Part shown: piece after piece, positions 40,075-53,499 of the stretch | Layout: every line of letters begins with the position of its first letter | Numbering within the stretch: the first letter of the stretch is position 1 | From: Octopus sinensis | Lineage: Eukaryota | Direction: 5' to 3' | DNA: 64,000 nucleotides | NCBI RefSeq assembly: GCF_006345805.1 | Contig: NC_043001.1 | Coordinates: forward strand, 119,908,001-119,972,000 | Notes under the pieces: generated by a model | Databases searched by the model: none | Seen by the model: only the letters and a program-made list of their open reading frames with translations | What the model was told of the DNA's origin: nothing | Made by a program: the position numbers and the translations under genes

Positions 40075-40596
40075 AGTTCTTTTTCTTTTTGTTCTATTAC
40101 TTGTTTCAGTTATCTGACTGCCTCCATGCTGGAGCATCGCTTTTAGTCGAACAAATCGACCCCAGCATTTATTCTTTGTAAGCCTAGTACTTGTACTATC
40201 GCTCGCTTTTGCCGAACCGCTAAGTTACAGGGATGTAAACACACAAGCATCGGTTGTCAAGCGATGGTGGGAGGACAAACACAGACACACAAATAAACGC
40301 ACACGCACATACACACACACATACACACAAACGCATATATATATACTTCGGCTTCTTTCAGTTTCCGTCTACCAAATCCAATCACAAAGCTTTGGTCGGC
40401 CCGCGACTGTAGTAGAATAGTAGAAGACACTTTCCCAAATTGCCACACGGTGGGACTGAACCCGGAACAGGATTATTGGTTAGTAAGCAAGATTCTTACA
40501 ACAAAGCTACTCCTGCGCCTATATATATATATATATATACACAAATAAATGAAAGAATGGAGTTGAACGACGAATTAACAAAATTCCTTTATTTTA

Positions 40597-40679
40597 TTTT
40601 CGACATATGTTTCGAAGGCTGCATATTCCTAATTTCGAAGGAATAAGGGGTGCATTATGCCGCCTTCTCATCAGGAAAA
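40597..40679 (-). ncRNA. Type I hammerhead ribozyme, copy 2 in the 777-bp tandem unit
   Basis: Identical by eye to 39820-39902, offset by 777 bp. Confidence 0.78.
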
Positions 40680-40857
40680 AACAAGGAACTTATGTTAGCA
40701 TCAAGATGCACAAAAACTTTTAGATGACTGCCCACACGGAGCCCATAGCGATAACCCAGGTATCGGTTAACCGAAATATCCATAATAAGATAATTCATTC
40801 AACTGCTCAATTATTATATATATATATAATATATATATATATATACACATTAAACAC

Positions 40858-40916
<59 letters not shown>

Positions 40917-41042
40917 GCTGAACCACCGAAATCTAGAAGTTTTTTTCATTCTCTCTCTGTTTATTTTCCCTTATTCCTTTCTGTTCAAGAGCGTGGCTCG
41001 AAATGTAGAAGACTTTTTCATTTTTCCCAAGCGTCATATATA

Positions 41043-42068
41043 TCTCTTATTATAAAAGGCAGATTTTATCTGCCTCCCTTTGGGAGTTATACAAATCTAC
41101 AATATAGGATTTCTTCAATTACAATTTACCTAGCAGTTTTAAGAGTACAATGCATCGCGTCATGCCAGGTCCAGTTTTTAAAATTTAAACTCCAATTAAG
41201 CAAAATTTACAGAAAACTCACATTCTGGTGTGTGTGTCAAATGCTTTTCTTAGTCTGGTTTACACCACACGCAAACGCACACACACACACAAAGGGAGCG
41301 AATTGTTTCACTCACGCTATCACCCTTCTCCTCCTTTGTCTTTGCAAGTTGGCAGCTATTAAAGTGAAAACAGTGAATCCGACAGCGATTAAGAACACGA
41401 ATTAGCACCTGAATGGAGTGAAAATTTAAAAACTGTTTCTTTCGGTGATTTTTCTGAAGAAACTGCACCAAGCCACAGACTTTCCCAGAAGAGTAAAGCC
41501 TTAGACTATTTCTATTTACTTTTTCGAATGAGCCTATTTGAAATCATTACGCTAAACGTAAACAAAACGAAAGAAAGGATAGTTTGTTATTTCCCACAAC
41601 CTTAAATGAAATTAAGGCCTATTTTGCCATAAATATTATTATGGGTATCAGAAAGTTACCCAGAATAACAAATTCTATCGTAAAATTTTGTTGTATACCC
41701 AATTGAATATTAGCTAATAACCCATTTCCTATAGCGATGTTTGAACAAAATTTTAATAATTTTACAGAAAGTTACCCAGAATAACAAACGAGCCCTTCTG
41801 GGTATTAGCGCGCGTCTACGATGAGTCTACGATTTAAAAAAAAATTACCATCATATTTTTCCATTTTAATGCATTTTTTTCGCTTTTATATAAGGGAAGT
41901 AACTCTCTAAAAATATCTACGATGTGTCAACGATTTAAAGAAAAATTTACCTTAATTTTTTTTCAATTTTTAATGCATTTTTTTGCTATTTTTTGGCTAT
42001 AACTCTCTAAAAATGCTTATATAGTTATTTCCCTTACAAACCCGAGCAACGCCGGGCGATACTGCTAG
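41043..42068 (+). mobile_element. Non-autonomous Helitron
   Basis: A|TC 5' end, CCCGAGCAACGCCGGG hairpin, CTAG|T 3' end, no TSD. Confidence 0.8.
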
Positions 42069-42115
<47 letters not shown>

Positions 42116-43294
42116 GTGTGTGTGTGTATAGTACACACATATGTATGTATATATTCATAAATACTGTTAAAATAATATATATACAGACATTTGCATACAA
42201 ACATATATACGTACACATACATACACATACACACACACACACAAACGCTCACTCAGACTTATGCTCTTAAATATTCAACCTTGCAAATACACTCGCACGT
42301 ACAAACACATACACGTATTTTTTTTTGTGTGTATGTGTATGTTTGCGTATGTGTATGGATGTACGTATAAATGTATGTGTGTGTGTGTGTGTGTAAACCA
42401 CGTGGCACAGCTAGTGAAAGGAAGGCATGTACTTATGTATATGGTAATGTTCACGTCATCTTTATTACAGCTTCGTTGCTAATCAACCAAATTGTTTGTC
42501 TGTCACTTAATTCCCCAATCACATTCATTATAACAGCCACACGTTATCACAGTCATTTAATAATTAGCTCTATTTCCATTGAGACGTTTCGGTTATAAAA
42601 CAACTCTAAAATATACGCTGATATATACAGAGAGGTCTCTTCGTATTCTAGTTTCTGTTAAGGGTTTACATTCGAAGAGCAATGTGGTCCCTACATACAC
42701 AACCATGGCATTGATAGATTAGCTTTGGATTCCCCTATCCGTGCCCACCCCTACCACCACCGAGTAATTACCCAGTGTGTACATGATTTATGATGACATT
42801 GCTTTACACCATTCTTGGAGTATATTGTGGTGACAACGAGAAAAAAATAATGTCCTGCATAATCATTGACCTACAACATGGTCATTGACCGAGAAACCGC
42901 AACCAAATCCCTCACATTTCAATCCTACGTCATTAAAATAATGGATAGGATAATGTAGTTCTGAATAAGACGTAATATCTTTGATGGTAGTTCTACTCAA
43001 CGAGTGCTGAGATGGGCTAAACAGCAACAACAACAGCAACAACAACAACAACAACAGTTATTATTGCTCTGCTGAAGGCTACTAGCTGTCAGAATCGTTA
43101 AAACGCCGATCAAAATACTTTCGTCCTTCTTTGCGTTTTGAGTTCAAATCTTCGAAGCCGATTTTTCCTTTCCTCCAAGGTGAGTACTGGAGTCGATGCA
43201 ATTGACTAGCCCCCCCCCTCCTATCGAATTCTCAGTCTTTGTGCCTGTAGAAGAAAGGAATATTGGTTGGCTTTCAGAAAGTAACTTAATGTAA

Positions 43295-44370
43295 TAACCA
43301 GTTCTTCTCTTTGTTGATTTATCCAAGGCCTTTGACTCTGTACGCAGATGAGATGGGAGAAATCCTTTGGGCACATAGAATCCTCGATGAAACAATAAAG
43401 GCGGTAATGATGCTGTATAAAACACCCGAGCGATAGTGCTGCCATCAGATGGAGATACTGACTTCTTCGATGTTCATGACGGAGTACTGCAGTGTGAGAC
43501 ATTAGCTCCTTACTTGTTCATCCTGTGTCTCGATTATGTATTGCGTACCTCAGTAGAGCAACACAATGATCTGGGTTACACTTTACAGAAGACTAGAAGC
43601 AGAAGATATCCTACTTGACTGACAGCGATTATGCTGATGACATAGCGCTCTTTGCAGACAACACAAAAGATGCTGAACGTTTACTCCTTCTCCTGGAAAA
43701 TGCGCCGCTAACATAAAACTATATGTGAATGAAAAGAGGACAGAGTTTATCATCCTGAATACAACAGGTAAAATAATGACCATCAAACAGAAGCCCTTGA
43801 AAAATGTCAACGAGTTTACTTACCTAGGCAGCAATATCGTGTCCACTGAAAATGATATTAAATCTTGCGTTGCTAAGGCTTGGGCAGCTATAGACGGTCT
43901 TAGAACAATATGGAAGTCAATCCTACCAGATAATATGAAGAGATAGCTCTTCAGAACTGTTGTCGAATCTGTGTTTATATATGGATTTCCGACTTGGACT
44001 CTCACCAAGAGACTCAGGTGCATGCTGGACGGTGCCTGCGCCAGATGTTACGTGCAGTGCTTAATATCTCTTGGAGGGAGCACCCAACAAAACAACGGTT
44101 GTATGGGAATCTACCAACTTTCTCATCAACCATCCGAGAGCGGAAATTGAGGTTTGCTGGCCACTGCTAGAGAAGTAAAAAAGAACTTGTGAGTGATGTG
44201 TTGCTGTGGACACCAAATCATGGTATCGCAGTGACTAAGACATAGATACAACAGCTTTCAGAAGACGTTGGATGCCAAGTTGACGACCTAAAAATACTAA
44301 TAGAAGATCGGGAGGGATGGAGAAAGGCAGTCAGGCTGGACAGGGCAATCAGCCTCTATAAAAAAAAAAC
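43295..44370 (+). mobile_element. Decayed RTE-group LINE RT and 3' end with poly(A)
   Basis: GVLQCETLAPYLFILCLDYVLR, DYADDIAL, FTYLGS, LRFAGHC, then an A tail. Confidence 0.85.
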
Positions 44371-44624
44371 TTGATGTGAATTTTGATTTTTCTTTACCCC
44401 TTTCAGTCAACGGAGGGCAACTATGCTGTGACATGGCCTTCAAGGATTTTAATCAGTTATATCGACGCCCCAGTACTTTATCTTGAACTTATATTATCTA
44501 CATCGCAGGGGAACAGATACGAAGTTGACTTGGGTGCAAAGGAACGGAACCCGGAAATCGGAATACGACATGGTGATCTCATATCAAGATTAATAGCACG
44601 TGAGCTTGCAGGTGAGGTCCAGTT

Positions 44625-44995
44625 AGAATTTTCTTTAGGTTGAGTAGCCCATCCCGTTCAAAAAGTCCCTGGATAAGGTTGTTTAAGGATGTTGAACGAA
44701 ACTACCATGTTTCCAGGGGTGAATTATCCAATTTCCCAAGCATTCCTCTCAACACATGACTATGATGCTCCCCCACTACTCCTGCTCATGATCAGAGATG
44801 CACATATCGTCAGCCACTAAGGGACATGCTCAACTGGTTAAGGTCAAACAACTGACAAACAAATCTGTGGTATTGAGCAGAATATTTGCTGAAGCCATCT
44901 TTTATACCAAGACAAAACAATGTACATGATAACACTTCCAATCAGTTAAGATGAGAAGCCATGAAAGCCACTGTCTGGTACTGCATCTGGGCATT
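44625..44995 (-). repeat. Dispersed repeat, probably a SINE or LINE tail
   Basis: A second partial copy lies at about 52195-52360. Confidence 0.55.
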
Positions 44996-46137
44996 TATTA
45001 TTATTATTGTTGTTGTTGTTGTTATTTACTTTTAATCTGCATATTTGTTACAAACACTCACCCAGACACACCCAGCGTCCTTGGGTGAGTGAAGGATAAA
45101 AGATGTTACAGTATGACTGAAAGCTTGGGAAGGGAAAAAGGCAGGAGCAGTAGCGAAATATCTTCATGTAATACAACACATACATTTAAATAGATAGGGT
45201 TTTTCTAAGAATGTGGACAGTACTTGTCAGCACAATGTTTTGGATTTCTCGGAGACATGGTTCTCCTGGGATATTATCTAGATGTTTCTGACATCCTTTT
45301 CTTATACCAAAGGCACCCACAATAACAGGAACAGTTCTCATTTTAGAATGCCACATCTTTTGTATTTCAATTTCCAAGTCCTTATATTTACTTAATTTGT
45401 CAAATTCCTTTACAGATATATTTTTATCAGTGGGAACACTTACATCTATTAGTCTACGAGTATTTTCTTCTCTGTCTTTAATGATTATGTCTGGTCGATT
45501 CGCCTGGATCGTTCTGTCGGTGTTGACTGGAAAATCCCAGAGGATACTGACATGTTTACCTTCAACGAGTGGCACAAAACAAGATGTTCAAGACAGATGA
45601 AAAAAAAATTTACAGGGAGTTTGGCAAAAGCAAGATAGAAGTAAAGGAAATGGAATAATTCTGGAAGATATGGAGCAACAGAAAAGAATATAATGCTGAA
45701 ACTCACTAGATAGAACGTAACATGATGAAATGAGATTGGATGAAGTTGAAGAGCAGAAATGTGAGGCAATAGGAGTAGAAGAGCTAAGATGTGTTCTTAG
45801 AAAGTCTCACAAACGGAAAACCCCAGGACTGGACCGGATCCTTAACTTCTAGCTAAATTGTTTGACAGAAGTACACCAAAATGTTGCTTCATCTCGAACT
45901 GATATAATCTCGAACCCAGAGCAAATACCTGCCTGGCTAACCGACTGAACAACATGCCTTCTACCAAAATCTGAAGACACGAAAAATCCAAAGAACTACC
46001 GCCTTCTCAACGCCATCTACAAGATCCTCACATCGATACTAACTGAAAGGATATACACTTTCCTGGAACAGAACTCTATCCTTCCACAAGCTCAAAAAAG
46101 GTTGTGAAAGGAATTCTTATGGATTCAAAACACAGTT

Positions 46138-46142
<5 letters not shown>
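44996..46142. mobile_element. R4/Dong-like retrotransposon with inverted 5' part, within (ATT)n
   Basis: Minus part: ILWDFPVNTDRTIQANRPDIII..LIDVSVP..KLSKYKDL (PD-D/ExK nuclease). Plus part: KTPGLDRI..LLPKSEDTKNPKNYR..IYKILTSIL (RT N-terminus). Confidence 0.8.
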
Positions 46143-46212
<70 letters not shown>

Positions 46213-48559
46213 CATCATCATCATCATCATTATTATACAAACTATTATTACTCCTGCACCAGCATTGTTCCTGGTAGCCTTTTTTCTTTTCACAGGCAAC
46301 GCTTTTCACAGCCAAAATCACAACAGTTATTGAAACAAAGTTAAAAATGTATTAAAGATTTTTTTCTCAAAAATAGAAAAGAAAGTTTTATGAATTGATG
46401 GAAAGTAAAGTATATAAAATGCCAATAAGGGATCTACAAACGAAGAAGAACATTCCAGCATAGCAGTAGTTAAAGAATTAAATGATGCCAGTCTGAAAGC
46501 GACACACCAAATATCAATCAAACAGCTTGAGGCAAAAAGGGTTCTGGTCACGTTCACATTCTCGAGAAATACCTTGAGCACACTGTCAGTTTCCTTGTTG
46601 CCTTGATGCTGGATAAGCAAGTTTTAAATGCTCCAAATGACCTTGAATTTTCTCAAATATGGCGATTTGTCCACTCACTGTTCACTCTAAACAACACCCA
46701 GGAGCACATTTTTCCATCTGTGTAAATCACTGCTATAATGTACACTTGATGTGAATGGAATTGTAATTGAAGACTAGGAAACTAGCCAAATAGTATGGAG
46801 CAAGTCTACAAGAATTTTTGAAGTATTATTTATTGAAAGAAATAATGAAATACGGTATACATCAAATTACTGAAGGCTATACATTAAATATATTAAATTA
46901 CAGCGTTTTTGGTGATTGCTTTTAGAGACAATTTGAAACACTTAAAACTTGTGCAATATTATGATGAAGAAAGCAGAATTATTTAGATAGGAAATCTATT
47001 TCATCGTCTCATTGATAAATAGAGAAAAACAATTCTTATGTTTCGATATAAGTTGGTTGGGTGGAGAGAGCTTGACGACTTTGTTGGCACATTCCTTATC
47101 GCTGTTGGGAAGATGACCATATTCAGAAAATCGGCGAGGAAGGGGTAATTTAAAAAAGTGGAATTTCGGATAGATAAGTTTTCAGAGTTTTAATTATTAT
47201 TTATAGCATGTCGTTTTTTTTAAATAACAGAGATATGATGATTTACAGACGTTATAAAACATTATTCGCTTCGCAGTTTGACCATTTGGTCTGTGAAGTG
47301 ACGTTGTTCGGGCAGTAATAGCTAGTTTTGAAATTGTTTCTGTTGAATACTGTGTGAAATTTGTGTGCGGCTGCGAAGTATTTATCTAATAACGACAACA
47401 ATGTTTTAGTTAGGTTATTTTAATGCTATTTAGTTGGAAAGAACCAAATTATATTCCTTTTCTGTTTTTTATTTTAAATGAGCCCTCCTGGTAAACTGCT
47501 TTCCTATTAAAGCTGCTTTTAGATGCAGCAGAATTGTTGTCGGTAAGCAAGATTATTTCCTTATCCCTAGAGGTTTCGTATAATAGAGTTTTATTGCCAA
47601 CCTCACTGTGTGTATGTGTGAATGCACTACATCACGTTTTTTGTAGGGGGTAATTTCAAGTGTCAGGTACTCTTTTTGTAAACATAAAATTTAACCACTC
47701 AGACAGAACTAAACTAACCTAGCAATTTTGCATAACAGTATAGATTCTAGTAACGTGAATTAATTAATAATGCATTAAACATACAATTTAGCCTGACTGT
47801 GGTAAAACAATGAGAAAAGCAGTAGGTAAAAACTTTTGCTTAGACAATGATGTTTGATCTAGCTACAGTCAAACTGTAATGAATATGTTGAAGGAGATCT
47901 GACTGCTGATTTTAGCTGGTCAAACAACCGTATTGAACCTCTTGCTCCGAGTTGCATCGTTGACTTGTTACAAAACCGTCATCATCTGCTCCAATAAAGA
48001 CTCTTATTTTGTCTCATCTAAAGGCGTCTATGTGGGCTTATCGAAATTCCATCGATAGCTCATATAGAAATTTTGTCTCTCTATATAATGGAAACTCACT
48101 AATTCAGATTACCTATGATCTAAAATATGAGGACTCCACATTGAAGATTTCAAGATTTTGGGACTTCATTTAATGCATATCAGGCTCGTCGAATTGCAGC
48201 CCGTATTCTTTCTAGTTAGACACTTAACGAAGCATGCAGGAATTTTACTGAGTATTTTTACAACTAGGTAGGCAAAGTTAGTTGAGTACTATTATCACAT
48301 ACACAATGCATTACCATTCTCAGAATATGAACCGCCACAAAGCATACAGTTGGTATTTTAGAATTATTAGGTCACAAACATGATTAAGAAGTTGACTTCT
48401 TAATCATGGATTTGCCTGTTGTGTCCTTATCAGTCATGATGGGCTTCGTATATTTTACCCCACTGTCACTTTGATGGCATGCACTTCTCTCTCAGCCAAT
48501 AATAATAATAATGATAATAATCCTTTTAATAATGTTTTCTTTATTGGCTACGAGAGCCG

Positions 48560-48950
48560 AACACAAAACAAAAACGGTCATACATAAGGGACAAGTGGGG
48601 CTTAGCACAAAACTTCATGTATAAAATTGAAACAAGAACAATTAACAACAAAAATCAACAATAACATTTCCTAAAATGGGTAGGTTCCACCCAGGGACAA
48701 CCAACGAACCTCACACATCTTAGTTATCAGGGCACCTCAGCAGATACCTTCTCAACTCCTCTCCGGCTTACAAGCGTATGTCGAGTAGGCCCATTCACAC
48801 GGGCTACATTCCTTGCCACATTCACCCACCTTTCAACAAAAATACTGGGTGGAAGTACTTCACTCTCAATCCTTACTTTCCTTCTCAAGTGGAATTTGAA
48901 GAAAGTTGATTGGGGCTTGGCCTAAAAGCAAAGTATCTTTCCATCAAACA
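48560..48950 (-). mobile_element. L1/Tx1-like LINE 3' end
   Basis: FFKFHLRRKVRIESEVLPPSIFVERWVN. Related to 58400-58560 on the + strand. Confidence 0.5.
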
Positions 48951-49553
48951 CAAGACAGCTATACTCCCTTCCCAACCAAAAACAAAAAAGCAGTGGTGTG
49001 ATCTTCAGGATGGACTCGGCTGATAACCGGATCCGTCCTACACGCGTCAACAGCTGTACGACCAAGCTCTGGTTCTCGGGCAGAGTCGGTATGACACTGT
49101 ATGCGATAGATCCGGATCTTAGAATTATAGGAACAACTCATTTTTGCTAGGACAAGAAGTGGAAGCTTAAAAGTGATTTACCTTCCCCCACTAGAAAATG
49201 AAAATGTATTCCCTAGGGAGACAAAAGATTCCTCAGATTCAGCATAAACTATTCAGTATGATATCAATTAGACATGCACATGGGAGAATGCTATGGGGGG
49301 AAACCGTGACCCTTCTTTTTAGCTACATCACTAACATGCTGTCTAAGAGCACAACAGTCTTATCTTTAAAGTTTTCCGTATTTTTAATCTATTCAAAATA
49401 CATATTATTTGAATTCAAATTCCATCTTCAGCTGCAAGATTTTTAAGGTTCTACAACTTGATCTGTGCTTTCCAGGTACAATAAAATAAGAATATTGCCA
49501 CTCCCGCGTCCACAATTTTCCTGGTAGTATATGCACGCATACACGCACGCACG

Positions 49554-49584
<31 letters not shown>

Positions 49585-51620
49585 ACACACACACACACGC
49601 ACACACACACACACATACACACACATCTGTCAACTTGTTGATGAGTATGACCATCACTGACAAATTATCTTATCCTAGATATTAAAGAAATGACCGTCAA
49701 CAATGCCTGTGCTACAATTAAAGTCAATAACAACAAAGGCAGGTTGTCCAGAAACATGCAAGAGCAATGAGGCGGGTGTTATATGGGAATTTCCTTCTCC
49801 TAGAGAGATGTCTAAGCAAAACCTAAGGGTCTTTCAGTCCCTCCTGTAGGACGGACGTTGATTCTGCTGAGTTCATGTACCCTTTCACAGAATTTGCGTT
49901 TCGTTTTGCAGGCTGTCCAACGAAAACCATCCTCCTTACCAAGCAGGCTTGGTTGGGTTGCCGGTTGAAGTTGCCAATGGCCCGACGAAGGAACAGTTTG
50001 TACTGGGTTACATGATATCAGTAGCACTAAGAGTGATGAAACGTGCACGCGCACACAAACAGAGGCGCGCGGACACACACACACACACAACCCCACACAT
50101 GCACACACATTCACAAATAGCTGCATACATATAGTGATACACACACATACATGCGCGCACGCGCATACACAAATAGCTGCATACATAGGGTGATACACAC
50201 ACGTACACACATACATGCACGCACACACACACACACACACACACATAAATAAATGTTTATGAGTTTGCATGTGTACGCATTGTCCTGTCCCCAAAGATAC
50301 TAAAATGAATATTGTAATAGTTTACTAAGAGCTCTAATGCAGTGTGAATCGAAAGCATTAAGTAAATATAATTAATGTATGAAAATAATATATAGAAGAT
50401 AAAATGAACATTTTGAGATGGAAACGAAAAAAAAACGAGTGAAGAAACTGGTGTTTGTCACAGAAATGATGGTTGGCATTTGGAATGATTGAAAGTCGGA
50501 ATGGTAAAGACGTGATATCTTCAACCTAAATCACCAGCAGCAAAATAAACACGCAGAATCACATTGGCATACACGCAGAGACACTCCATGCACATGCGTG
50601 TGGTGTGCACACACACACATGCACGCGCGCGCAGATACACATACACCCACGCACGCACGCACTCACTCACACATACACGCACTGACACACGCGCACATAC
50701 GCACACAGGCACGCACTCATGCACTCATGCACACGTACACTTATTGACATCCTCACATGCACACATTTTATAGAGATTACATGACTGAAAGATGAACACG
50801 GGGCAAATATTGTCTCACACACACAACAAAGAAACATAGTACACAATCATACACACAAAAAACATACACATTCACACTCACACTCAGAGCATTTTATAAA
50901 AACACGTTCAATCGTATATACCTGTATACCCACTCGCACTCATACACGTGCGTGCATATACGTATGCATATATAAAAAGGTAAAAAACATATCCAACGAT
51001 TTTGATCGGACACAAACAATACACTTCAATAATCATCTATATTTATGCATATCTATTATACAAAATCCATTCTGTCTGTCTGTGTGTGTCTCTTCTAGGA
51101 TCTCGGGCATTCTCCATCTGATTGCGCTCAAATTTGATATGTAGATACCGACGGTATTAGGGCGTGTATAAGTCTTGAAAAATTTTCAAAAATCGATTCC
51201 AGGTGAGAATGCGATCGATAAAGCCGTTTTTGTCCTGCTTTTCTTCTGTCAACCTGTACATAACTGCACCTTCCATTTTTTGTTGTTTTTGTACTGCTTT
51301 AAGGCACGTTTCTTTCCTGCCAAGCTTACTGTTTAAACCATGTTTGTGTTCTCCCAATCAACAGCCTTATTATTACTGGTACTTTAAACTCTTCTGTTGC
51401 ATATTTGTGTGAATAAAATCGTTTTTCTTTGGAATAGAAAAAAGTCTATCTTTATTTCTTCTTTTGCTGTTGTCTCAAATTTAGGTTAAATCAGTGTTTC
51501 TCAAAGGGTAGGCCTATGGGACTGTCGGACAAGTTGTTTTGAGAAAATTTGGTTTAAATGTTTGACAACTCAGCACCGTCCATAGGACGGGGGTGGCGTT
51601 TTGGTCTTATATATATTTAT

Positions 51621-51665
<45 letters not shown>

Positions 51666-53441
51666 TGCAGCGTGGAAGATGTTTATAAGCCGTTTAAGAG
51701 CACACAAAAAACCATTAGATTCACTTCAACTTTTAAATTTAATTTGTGTCAAAATATTTTCGTCGCTTTGAAACCTCGACCTGTTTAATGGCAAAACTTC
51801 GAACGAGTGGTAGTTTTGTAGTGTGTACAATACATTCATTCATTGTATTTGGTGTCCATTTTGTTGCGAGCAGACATGGGCATCCTATTGGCCCGCCTAC
51901 TCTTGACATAATAGAACATTTATGGTCTGACAGGTGTGGGAGAGATAGTGCTGCAACAGCAACTGGTTAGTACTCATTACAGCTGAGTAGAACAGGTGAT
52001 AAGCTTCACTAAGATTTTAGGCGCATCAAACATCCTGGTTGTTGCTCAAACTCAGATCAACTCTGACTGAGCAGACATATAACACTGTGTAACACGATTT
52101 TTGTTCTTGGGTAGCAACTGTTATTTCCTATTTGCTTACAACTAGGAAGTGTGAAAAATGGCTATATTTTCTCTAAACTTTGCTTTTGTTACATTTATTC
52201 AAACCCCGAAGAATCCCTCTCAATACAAGGCTATGATGTACCTCCACTACTCTTGCTCATGATCAGAGATGTTTATATTGTCAGCTACTAAAGGACATAC
52301 CCAAGTGGTTACGGTCAGGCAACTGACAAGCAAATCTGAGGTATTAGGCAGAATATTTGCTATAATGATATTTCTGCTTCAGCAACTCAGAGCTGAATCT
52401 TTCTGAAATGTAATGGAAAAGAAGTCAGTTTCAAACCATTAACGTCCAGGTTACAAAAGCAAAGTTTGAAGGGAATAATAGTCATTTCCTGTGATTTCTA
52501 GATAGAAGCAAGCAGGAAATAACATTTTCTAGCCAAAAACAAAAATAGATAAATAAAATAGAAAATAAAAATTTTGTTGCACAGTGTAATCGGAGACATT
52601 CTAGACGTGACCATTCCTACTTATAATTATGACTATATTATCTAACGTTTTCTTTCCTCTTATTCCTTTGCCTCTCCAAAGCATTTTCATAAGTTTGTCC
52701 TAAATATCCACGCTTGTTTTCAGACTTTTAATTAGCCTTTGTTTCATATATTTTGAGTGATAAAAAACTTTCTTTTCATAAGTACCAAGTTACTCTGCTA
52801 GTTAAAAAAAAATGGGAATATCTATCATATATGATGCATAGAACAGGCAGATTTTAAAGGGAGATTTGGCTACTATTTTTGCAGACCAAATGATCAAGTA
52901 AAATCTCCAGACGTTTTGGTATTTTGAAATACGGTGTATTACAAATACTTATTTCCCTTTGCTTTTACGTCCAAGTTACTACTTGGAAATAACAGTTGTG
53001 GAATATGAACAGGTGTCGAGCTGTCATAGTGTTTACTGCTTCACTAGATCGGAGTTATTTTCTCCTCATAACGCCATTTACTACTAACGCTGCGCTGCAA
53101 CTTTCTTGCCATCTTTTATCAATGTCTTTTCAAGCATTAGTAATTTTGAGAAAGAAACAATGCTTTTCTTGAATTGTATTTTAAAGGTTTCAACGATGCT
53201 GAACTGGGCAGTAACGTGTGCATAAACGTATGTATGTGCTAATGCATTAAATGTTTAAATGTGTCTGTGTATAGTGATTTATCTTTTAGCCATAAACACT
53301 ACGATGGTGGTGATAGTGTGGAAGTCTCAGAAGAAATGTGACGGTGTTGAATTTATGCCTTAGCATTATTTAGTTTCGTTCCTCTATTTATTTATCATCA
53401 CGTCTACAAACAGTCATATATACACACACATACACACATAC

Positions 53442-53499
<58 letters not shown>

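Larger units (their letters stand above)
39297..40845. repeat. Apparently exact direct tandem duplication, 777-bp period, bounded by (TA)n
   Basis: Identical ORF pairs offset by 777 (39480/40257, 39663/40440). The unit is a SINE + (TA)n + hammerhead-bearing segment. Confidence 0.95.

Noticed and set aside
42580-42650. Minus-strand GAAACGTC resembling a hammerhead 3' half
   Set aside because: No CUGANGA box and no pairing helix II could be found.
46293-46760. Exon-like non-repetitive stretch and a 97-aa - strand ORF
   Set aside because: No recognisable motif and no consistent splice pair or neighbouring exons. It needs a translated search.
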